Below are positions 6,427 to 13,746 of a stretch of 32,000 bases of DNA, in pieces (within the stretch, counting starts at the first letter, position 1; every line of letters begins with the position of its first letter). The translations under genes and the position numbers were made by a program. A model generated the notes under the pieces. The model had not been told where the DNA came from and did not search any database. It was given only the letters and a program-made list of their open reading frames with translations. The stretch covers positions 30,001-62,000 of the forward strand of contig NZ_CP080507.1 in assembly GCF_019464535.1 (NCBI RefSeq). The letters run 5' to 3'. The DNA comes from Horticoccus luteus. Lineage in GTDB: Bacteria; Verrucomicrobiota; Verrucomicrobiia; Opitutales; Opitutaceae.

Positions 6427-9207
6427 CTACTTTGTGGGGAAGCGTAACACCACGTCGGCTTCGCCGGTGAAGTTTTCCAGGCGGACGAGTTCGCGGGCGG
6501 CGTCGTAGGTGCCGCCTTCGACGCTCGTTGCGCGGGCGCCGGTGGGATGCGGGAGGCGGAACTCGACGTCGCGCGGATGGCGGGGGCCGGCGCACGTGAC
6601 GTGCGCGCGGATCACGCCGTGGGCGAGGTCGGAGTCGACGCGGAAGGAGAGCGGGCCGAAATAGCTGCTCACGTTTTCCACGGAGATTGTTTTTCCGTCG
6701 GCGAGATAGTCGCGCGGCACGGTGGCGAGGAGGTGCAGGGTGTCGCCGTCTTCGAAGTAAAGCATCCAGCGCGTCTGCATCAGGAACCAGGCTTCTTCGT
6801 GCGTCTTGTGGTCGCTCGCGGGGAAGAAGTGTTCGGTGAACGTATAGGTGCTGCGATCGGCGAGCGCGGCGACGGCGTTGTAGTAAGCTTTGAGGAACGG
6901 CTTCACTTCACCGCGGTGGAGATGAACCCACGGGTGGCGGCTATAGTAAGGTTGGGAAAACGCGACGTTGTCGGCCAGCATCAGCTCGCTGTTGACGTGC
7001 AGCAGCGCGGTCGTGACGGGCTCGTCGGGGGCGAGCACTTCCTGGAACGCGAGGTAGAGCGGTCCGAGGAGGGAGTCGCGCGCGGTCATCGTGCCGTGCG
7101 TGAACACCGGTGCGCCGTCCACGTGCAGCATCATCACGCCGCGGTCTTCCGTCCATGGCGGGGCGGTGCGGGACCAGGTGCCGTCGCCGAGCGGGACGAC
7201 GGGTGAACGCGCCATCGATTCGGCGAGGGCGGTGCGGAGGTCGGCGCGCAGGCTGTCGGCTTCCGCGCGCCAGCGGGCGCTGGCGGCGGGGTCGATGGCG
7301 ACGAGCATTTCGGCGGCGCGGGCGAGGCCGAGGTAGGCGTAGCCGCTGAGCATGAAGGAGTGAAACGGATCGTCGGGATCGGCGACTTTGCCTTCGAGGA
7401 GGCCGTAGCCGTGGCCGCGAAGGGCTTCCGTGCGGTTGCGGGCGCGCCACGCGGCGAGAAACTCGCAGGACTTGATCACCTTCGGCGCGACTGCGCGGGC
7501 CCAGGTGTCGTCGTGCGTATAGCGATAGTGTTCGCCGATGGTCCAGAGGGCGGCGCCGGTTTCGAGCATATAGCCGTTGAAGTTCTGGATGAAGCCGTCG
7601 GCGTGTTGCTTATCGAGGAAGTAGTTGATCGCGCGGCGGGCGGTCTCGTGCCAGCCCATCGAATCCATGAACTGGATGATGGGTGCGCTTTCGGAGCCGA
7701 TGGGGCTGTAGATACCGATCGTCGGGGCGAGGGTGCCATGGGGCTCGAGGCCGTAGTTGATCAAATCTAGGTGAAGCAGGCCGGCGCGCATCATTTCATC
7801 CATCCGCGGTTCGGGCAGGTGGAGGCGCGCGGCGGAGGCGAGCTTGCCGCGCCAGAAAGCCCGAGCTTCGGCGAGGCGCATGTCGAAGGACTGCGTGGCC
7901 AGGGCCGCCGCGCGCGCGGCGGAGATCGGCGAGTGGGGGACGAAGAAGTCGAAAGTGACGCTGGCGCCGGGTTGGAGGAGGACGGATTTCTCCGGCAGGT
8001 CGAGCGGACCGTCGGCGGTGCGCGACACCGCGAAGACGCGGCCGGTGGGAAACACGCCGAAGCCCGTGGCGCGGTCGAAAGTCCACGCGGGCGGCTTCAT
8101 CACGGGCGGGAGCGTGGGCGAGACGCTTTTAAAGAGCGCGTAGGCGGGCGTGGCGCCGCGGTTGGTCGCGACGACGCGCGCGTAGAGGACGGTTTCCTCG
8201 GGCTGGTCGAGCTCGGTTGGACGGAGTTTCTCCAACTCGGCGCTTTGCTCGGGGGTGAACATGTGGCCGTGGCTGTAAGCGTCGGCGACGAGGTAGTGGG
8301 TGCCGCGGAGGTGAGCAGCGTCGAAGGGGGATTTTTCGTAGCTGGCGAAAAGTGTGACGTCGTAGACGAGCGCGTCATCGACGGTCTCGGCGTGGAGAAT
8401 GGGGAGATCGCCGTCGTCGAGGCGGCGGGTGATGTGATCGGCGGGGCCCCAGCCGCGGCCGACGTTGAAGAGGTAGATGGGTTGTTGATCGCTGGTCTCG
8501 GGAAGCTTGAGGTCGAAACCGCTGCGTGTGGGCTGAATCGAGGTGGCGCGGGGGTCGATGCGGAAGATGCGCATGTCGCGGCTGAGGCCGAGCCATGTCT
8601 GGACTTTTTGCTCGCGGGTGTGAGTAGCGGCGTCGGGAAAGTTTTCCTCGGGTTCGCGTTCGTAGCGTTGGAGTTTGGTCAACGTGCCGCGGGCGTGCGT
8701 GGCGGCGGCGATTTGGGCGTAGGCGCGCGGGTCGCTGGCGAGGGTGATGGCAACGCCTTCCGCGGGCAGGAAAACGGGAAACTCGGTGGTGACATCGCCC
8801 GCACGGACGGTGAACGCCCAAGCGGGCGTGCGGAGCGTGACGAGGACGTCGGCGGCGGAGGCGGCGGCGGGAGGTTTTGCGGTGACGAGGAATTCGACGC
8901 GGTGCGGCGACGATGAGGCCGGGGCGCGGGGTGAGGGCACCCCGCCCACAGTGGAGGGGGCGGGCGTTCCGTCGGCAATGCGGGGTGAGAGCACCCCGCC
9001 AACAGTGAGAGGGAGGACGGCGACGGTGCCGCGGTCGGCGGTGAGTTCGAGCGCGGAGAGATCGGCGGGGGAGACGGCGGCGAGCCGGAGGGGCGTGGCG
9101 CCGGCGGAGGGCTCGGTGGAGGTTAGGGGCGCGGTCGGCTCGGATTGCGCGGAAAGCGAGAAGGCGGCGGAGACTATGAGGGCCATGACAAGAGGGAGAC
9201 GGATCAT
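6427..9207 (-). CDS. Secreted large protein with a possible (alpha/alpha)6-barrel glycosidase-like C-terminal half; function unknown
   Basis: Uninterrupted 926-aa ORF. ATG at 9207 with signal peptide 'MIRLPLVMALIVSAAFSLSAQ'. The helical-repeat region 'FMDSMGWHETARRAINYFLDKQHADGFIQNFNGYMLETGAALWTIGEHYRYTHDDTW' resembles six-hairpin glycosidase folds by eye only. Confidence 0.6.
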   Translation of the reverse strand: MIRLPLVMALIVSAAFSLSAQSEPTAPLTSTEPSAGATPLRLAAVSPADLSALELTADRGTVAVLPLTVGGVLSPRIADGTPAPSTVGGVPSPRAPASSSPHRVEFLVTAKPPAAASAADVLVTLRTPAWAFTVRAGDVTTEFPVFLPAEGVAITLASDPRAYAQIAAATHARGTLTKLQRYEREPEENFPDAATHTREQKVQTWLGLSRDMRIFRIDPRATSIQPTRSGFDLKLPETSDQQPIYLFNVGRGWGPADHITRRLDDGDLPILHAETVDDALVYDVTLFASYEKSPFDAAHLRGTHYLVADAYSHGHMFTPEQSAELEKLRPTELDQPEETVLYARVVATNRGATPAYALFKSVSPTLPPVMKPPAWTFDRATGFGVFPTGRVFAVSRTADGPLDLPEKSVLLQPGASVTFDFFVPHSPISAARAAALATQSFDMRLAEARAFWRGKLASAARLHLPEPRMDEMMRAGLLHLDLINYGLEPHGTLAPTIGIYSPIGSESAPIIQFMDSMGWHETARRAINYFLDKQHADGFIQNFNGYMLETGAALWTIGEHYRYTHDDTWARAVAPKVIKSCEFLAAWRARNRTEALRGHGYGLLEGKVADPDDPFHSFMLSGYAYLGLARAAEMLVAIDPAASARWRAEADSLRADLRTALAESMARSPVVPLGDGTWSRTAPPWTEDRGVMMLHVDGAPVFTHGTMTARDSLLGPLYLAFQEVLAPDEPVTTALLHVNSELMLADNVAFSQPYYSRHPWVHLHRGEVKPFLKAYYNAVAALADRSTYTFTEHFFPASDHKTHEEAWFLMQTRWMLYFEDGDTLHLLATVPRDYLADGKTISVENVSSYFGPLSFRVDSDLAHGVIRAHVTCAGPRHPRDVEFRLPHPTGARATSVEGGTYDAARELVRLENFTGEADVVLRFPTK
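8926..8949 (-). repeat. REP-like hairpin element, copy 1 (minus-strand reading: GTGG-GCGGGGTG-CCCT-CACCCCGC)
   Basis: 8-bp perfect stem gcggggtg/caccccgc with a 4-nt loop, flanked by a GTGG head on the minus strand. Lies inside the 926-aa ORF and encodes 'TVGGVPSP'. Confidence 0.7.
8980..9003 (-). repeat. REP-like hairpin element, copy 2 (minus-strand reading: GTTG-GCGGGGTG-CTCT-CACCCCGC)
   Basis: Same stem as copy 1, loop agag, head GTTG. Exactly 54 bp from copy 1, in the same orientation and reading frame, encoding 'TVGGVLSP'. Confidence 0.7.
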
Positions 9208-9414
9208 GCGCGGATAGGTGAGGGGGCTTTGTCGCCCGGCGTCGAGGCTGGTTCAACTTGATTGTCAGCGCGACGGAGGGCGGGCGTTAACTGGAATGCG
9301 AAACGCCCGCTCACTCTGCGCTGGCGCTGGGGCGAGGCGAGGCGTTGAGTGCGGGCGCCGCGTTGCTTTGCGCCGGCGAGTGCGCGCCCCTTCTCAACTT
9401 ATCCGCCTTTTCGC

Positions 9415-10329
9415 ATGAGTGCTCCCATCAAGTTCGGCCTGATCGGCCTGGATACGTCGCACGTGCTCGTTTTCAGCGACACGTTTAACAACGCGGAGGG
9501 AAAGCAGTTTCTTCCTGGCGCGCGCGTGGTGGCGGCGTGGCCGGGAGGTTCACCGGATCTTGAGTCGAGCCGCAGCCGCGTGCCGGGCTACACGGCGGAG
9601 GTGCGGGATAAATTTGGCGTGGAGATCGCGGACTCAATTGAGGACGTCGTGGCGGCGAGCGATGCGATTTTGCTGACGTCGCTCGACGGGCGGGTGCATC
9701 GCGAGCAGTTCGCGCGCGTGGCGGCGGCGGGGCCGGGCAAGCCGGTGTTTCTCGACAAGCCGTTCGCGCTGACGGAGGCGGACGCGCGGGCGATTTTCGC
9801 GACGGCGAAGGCGCATGACGTGCCGTTGTTCTCATCGTCGTCGCTGCGGTTTACGGGTGCGCTGACGCGGGTGGTGACGGCGGAGACCAAGCGCACGGTC
9901 AGAGGCGCGGACTTTCATGGGCCGGTGGCGCTTGAACCGACTAATCCGGGTTTCTTTTGGTATGGGATTCACGCAGTCGAGATGCTTTACGCGACGATGG
10001 GGCGCGGGTGTGGGAGTGTGCGTTGCGTGACGACGGAGCATTACGATCTCGTCACGGCGACGTGGGCGGACGGGCGGATCGGGACGGTGCGCGGCAATCG
10101 CACGGGCAACTACGAATTTCACGGGCTCGTGCATTTCGAGAAACACAGTGCGCACGTGAATGTGCAAACGGAGACGAAAGGCTTTTTCACCTGTCTGGCG
10201 GAAGCGGTGCTGGAGTTTGTGCGGACGCGGCAGGCACCGGTCGATCCGGAGGAAACGATCGAATTGGTGCGGTTTATCGTGGCGGCGAACGAGAGTCGGG
10301 CGAACGGCGGGCGGGAAGTGACCCTATGA
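9415..10329 (+). CDS. Gfo/Idh/MocA-like oxidoreductase family protein
   Basis: The ATG at 9415 gives 'MSAPIKFGLIGLDTSHV..', a Rossmann-like N-terminus. 'AILLTSLDGRVHREQF' and 'VFLDKPFALTEADA' (the 'EKP'-type motif region) follow. The track ORF start at 9349 adds an implausible Arg/Pro-rich leader. Confidence 0.6.
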   Translation: MSAPIKFGLIGLDTSHVLVFSDTFNNAEGKQFLPGARVVAAWPGGSPDLESSRSRVPGYTAEVRDKFGVEIADSIEDVVAASDAILLTSLDGRVHREQFARVAAAGPGKPVFLDKPFALTEADARAIFATAKAHDVPLFSSSSLRFTGALTRVVTAETKRTVRGADFHGPVALEPTNPGFFWYGIHAVEMLYATMGRGCGSVRCVTTEHYDLVTATWADGRIGTVRGNRTGNYEFHGLVHFEKHSAHVNVQTETKGFFTCLAEAVLEFVRTRQAPVDPEETIELVRFIVAANESRANGGREVTL

Positions 10330-10363
10330 GCACGGCACGACGGAGCGGGAGCGCAATCGGCCG

Positions 10364-10963
10364 ATGAGCAACGACGGGCCATTGCCGGGGGAGCCGGCGT
10401 TTTGGGATCAGCGTTACGCGGCGGAGCGGACGCCGTGGGACGCGGGCGGCGCCGCGCCGCGGCTGGTGCGTTTCGCCGCGGAAAACGCGGGGCCGGGGCG
10501 CGCGTTGATTCCGGGCTGCGGCCGCGGCTACGAAGTGGCGGTGTTGGCGCGGGCGGGTTGGGACGTGAGCGCGATCGACTTCTCGGCGGTCGCGGTGGAA
10601 CGCGCGCGGCGTCTGCTCGGGCCGGGGCTCGGGGAGCGCGTGCGCGTGGGAGATTTTTTCCAAGGAGGACTGTCGGCGGGGACCTTCGATCTCGTTTACG
10701 AGCGAACGTTTTTCTGCGCGCTTTCGCCCCGGCAACGAGAGGCGTATGTGGCGCGCATGGCGGAATTGCTTCGCGCGGATGGGCGGTTGGTGGGATTTTT
10801 CTACACGGGCGACGAACGCGACGGCCCGCCCTATCAACTCAGCGCGGCGGACGAAGAAGCGCTGTTCCGGCCGCGATTCGAACTCGTCCGCGAAGAGGTG
10901 GTGCCAGAATCGATGCCGCTTTTCGAAGGGCGCGAGCGGTGGCGGGAATACCGGCGACGGTAG
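10364..10963 (+). CDS. SAM-dependent methyltransferase, thiopurine/halide methyltransferase (TPMT)-like
   Basis: 'FWDQRYAAERTPWD' N-terminal motif and SAM motif I 'ALIPGCGRGYEVAVLARAGWDVSAIDFS'. Lies 34 nt downstream of the oxidoreductase gene. Confidence 0.7.
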   Translation: MSNDGPLPGEPAFWDQRYAAERTPWDAGGAAPRLVRFAAENAGPGRALIPGCGRGYEVAVLARAGWDVSAIDFSAVAVERARRLLGPGLGERVRVGDFFQGGLSAGTFDLVYERTFFCALSPRQREAYVARMAELLRADGRLVGFFYTGDERDGPPYQLSAADEEALFRPRFELVREEVVPESMPLFEGRERWREYRRR

Positions 10964-11103
10964 CGTTCGGCCGCTGTCGGCGTGATGAAACGCGAAAACG
11001 TGGCGTGCGACGCGCGATGGTTCGTTGCGGCAGGCACAGAGGCTTTGGGTCAGCGACTTGCGGGCAGTGAGGCTTTTTTCTCGATCTCTAGGCAATTCAC
11101 CCC

Positions 11104-11862
11104 ATGTTTCGCCGTTCCATGTCATCCCCATCCCGCTGCGGAGTTCTGCTTTTTATCGCTTCGCTCGCATTGACGGGCGTCGGCCGCGCTCAGGTGCTGA
11201 CGGCGGACACGCTGGGAGCGAGTCAGGCCAGCTTTTATCCGGAAAACTTCACGTTTACGCAGACGTTCTCACAAGTCAGCCAGATCGAATCGCTGACGTT
11301 CCGCTTACTGGCCGGTTCGAACGACTTCTCGGCTTCGACGTTAAATTACTATTTCAGCGAGTGGAATCCGATCACGGGACTGGCCACGGGGACCGCTCTG
11401 GCGCAGGGGACATTGGACATTGATGCTGGCGCGGCCTGGCAGCACGCCGCCATCTACAGCGGTGTGTATAACTATTTCGATGCGACCTTGGATTTGAGCT
11501 CCGTGGCGAGCGGCCTCACTCCGTCCGCCACCTATGCCATCAGTTTTTATGGGTCGATGACAGGAGTTCCCGGGGGAGTGTATGCCCCCGGGCTCGCCCT
11601 TTCTTCCAGTCTTTATGCAGATGGCGGAACGTTCATCTTGGATCCCAGCGTCACTGACGGAAGCCAACTGACCACCAACGCCAGCGGAAACTACGCAGGG
11701 AACTACGACCTGCTCTTTTCCGCCGGGCCTTCGTCGCTATCGCCCGTGCCCGAGGCGGGGACGACGGCGGTGGTTTTGGCCGGTTTGTTCGTGAGCGGTT
11801 TGGTAGGTTGGCAGATTCGTCAGCGCCGGCGAGCGGTCGGCGTGTCCGCCGACGTGGTTTGA
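11104..11862 (+). CDS. PEP-CTERM-type sorting-domain protein (VPEAG variant); mature domain of unknown function
   Basis: Signal peptide 'MFRRSMSSPSRCGVLLFIASLALTGVGRA'. The middle is rich in Ser/Thr/Gly/Tyr. The C-terminus 'SPVPEAG-TTAVVLAGLFVSGLVGW-QIRQRRR' shows the motif, TM helix and Arg cluster typical of exosortase substrates. Confidence 0.8.
   Translation: MFRRSMSSPSRCGVLLFIASLALTGVGRAQVLTADTLGASQASFYPENFTFTQTFSQVSQIESLTFRLLAGSNDFSASTLNYYFSEWNPITGLATGTALAQGTLDIDAGAAWQHAAIYSGVYNYFDATLDLSSVASGLTPSATYAISFYGSMTGVPGGVYAPGLALSSSLYADGGTFILDPSVTDGSQLTTNASGNYAGNYDLLFSAGPSSLSPVPEAGTTAVVLAGLFVSGLVGWQIRQRRRAVGVSADVV
11743..11832 (+). other. C-terminal exosortase sorting signal (PVPEAG motif, hydrophobic helix, RQRRR)
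   Basis: Codons 214-243 of the 252-aa ORF. The tripartite architecture is read directly from the translation. Confidence 0.75.
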
Positions 11863-13685
11863 TGCAACTGATGGCGGGCCGCCGGCAATCCCGGCGAGTC
11901 AAAGCCCTGCGTATCGCGGGCAGCGCGTTACTCCTTCTGCTCGTGGCCGGCGGTTGGTGGAGCTACCGGCCGGCGGTCACGCGTTACCATCATTGGAAAC
12001 AGCGGCGCGCGCTTACGCAGGCGCGGGATTTTCTGGCGCAGAAAAATTTCACGAGCGCGAAACTGGCGCTGGATGTCGCGCTGGAGGCGGTGCCGGGCGA
12101 TCCGGACGCCTTGCGGGTGGCCGCCGATTTGCTGGATTCCGTGGGCCTGCCGCAGGTGATGCCGTTGCGCCGCCGGCTGGTGCAAATGGCGCCCGGTTCG
12201 GTCGAGGATCGGGCGGCGTTGGTCGCCAGCGCGTTGCGGTTTCACGATCTGAACGCCGCGCGCGATGCGCTGAGCGAAATGACACCGGAGCAGGCGGAGC
12301 AGCCGGCGGCGTTGAAGGCGGCGCTGAGCTTTGCGTTGGCGACGAATAATAAACCCATCGCCGACCTGCTGTATGATCGGTTGCAGAAGGCGGAACCGAC
12401 AAATGGAAACCTCAAGGTGATGCACGCGTTGCTGCGGCTGCAGAGTCCGCAACCTGCCACCGTGATCGCGGCGCGACAGGAGTTGGAGGTGTTGGCCAAG
12501 GACCCGCGCAACAGTCTTTTCATTCACCGCGAAATGACGGTCGAGGCCATGGCCCGCCATGACGCCCAGGAGGCGGCGCAGCAGGCGAAACGGGCGGTTG
12601 CAGATCCGCGCTCGACGTTGGAGGACCGTCTGCACCTCGCGAATATCGAACTGAATTTCGAGCGACGCCCGTTCGGCGACGTCTGGGCCGAAGTGGTCCC
12701 GCACGCGCAAGGCACGGCCGCGGATGCGGCGGCGGCGGTGCGGTGGTTGATCGTGGTCGGCGAGGCGGCGCGGGTGCCGGCGTGGATCGAGGGTTTGCCG
12801 GCGGCGCTGCGGGCTGATCCTGCGGTGGTGGCGGCGCAGGCCAACGCGCTGGCGGCGGCAGAAAATTGGGACGGCCTGCAGCAGATGATCGAGTCCGGGG
12901 CGTGGGGCAAAGTGGACCACGACGCGGTCGGCCTGGCATTCACGGCGCGGGTGGCCGGGGCGCGTCAAAATGCGGAGCTGCAACGCAAGGTGTGGGATGA
13001 AGCGCTGGCGGCGACGGGCAATTCGCTGACTGAGCTGAACGTGCTTTACCGGCTGGCGACTCTTTGGCGGTGGGATGCGCCGGTCGAGCGCACCTTGTGG
13101 GCGATCGTGAAGGGGCATCCGAACGAGGGGTGGGCCTCGCAGGCGCTTTTTAGTCATTACCGGGAGCAAAAGGATACCAGCGGCATGCGCCAGTTGATGG
13201 ATTCGTTGCGCGGATCCGACCCGACGATGCCGCGCTATAAATACGACTGGGCGTTGTTGTCGCTGCTTTGCTCGCCCAGTGCGAATTGGACGTCGCCGAA
13301 GGAAACCATGCGCACGCTCTACGCGGGGGAGCCGAACAACGCCTCGTATGCGACCGGTTATGCCTTCGCGCTGGCGCAATCAGACAAGGCAGACGAGGCG
13401 CTCGCGGTGACGGGAAAATTGTCGGCGGACGCCCTCGCGCTGCCCGCGCGGGCACCGTATCTCGCGTATATCTACGGCGTGGGCCGGCAAAAGGAGGCGT
13501 TTGGTAAATACGCCAGCCGGCAAGCGGACCTGACGAATTTGTTGCCGGAAGAAACCGCGTTGTTTTCGCAGGGGCGCGCCGCGGTGAATCGGCCGGCGCC
13601 GGCGAAGACGTCAGCGAGCGACAAGCCGACCAAAACGGAGAAGACGCCGGTGGCGACTTCACCCGAGCCGTCGGCGAAGCCCTGA
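11862..13685 (+). CDS. Signal-anchored all-helical / TPR-like repeat protein with a Pro/Thr/Lys-rich tail
   Basis: The ATG at 11862 overlaps the upstream TGA by 1 nt (TGATG). The N-terminus 'RRVKALRIAGSALLLLLVAGGWWSY' is a single TM anchor. Long Ala/Leu-rich helical repeats follow ('ARDFLAQKNFTSAKLALDVALEAVPGDPDAL...'). Alternative TTG start at 11808. Confidence 0.7.
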   Translation: MQLMAGRRQSRRVKALRIAGSALLLLLVAGGWWSYRPAVTRYHHWKQRRALTQARDFLAQKNFTSAKLALDVALEAVPGDPDALRVAADLLDSVGLPQVMPLRRRLVQMAPGSVEDRAALVASALRFHDLNAARDALSEMTPEQAEQPAALKAALSFALATNNKPIADLLYDRLQKAEPTNGNLKVMHALLRLQSPQPATVIAARQELEVLAKDPRNSLFIHREMTVEAMARHDAQEAAQQAKRAVADPRSTLEDRLHLANIELNFERRPFGDVWAEVVPHAQGTAADAAAAVRWLIVVGEAARVPAWIEGLPAALRADPAVVAAQANALAAAENWDGLQQMIESGAWGKVDHDAVGLAFTARVAGARQNAELQRKVWDEALAATGNSLTELNVLYRLATLWRWDAPVERTLWAIVKGHPNEGWASQALFSHYREQKDTSGMRQLMDSLRGSDPTMPRYKYDWALLSLLCSPSANWTSPKETMRTLYAGEPNNASYATGYAFALAQSDKADEALAVTGKLSADALALPARAPYLAYIYGVGRQKEAFGKYASRQADLTNLLPEETALFSQGRAAVNRPAPAKTSASDKPTKTEKTPVATSPEPSAKP

Positions 13686-13746
13686 GTGCGGCCATGGAGC
13701 GGCGGCGGAGAATGCGGCGGAGTCAGGGGCAATCCCGGGCGAGCTC

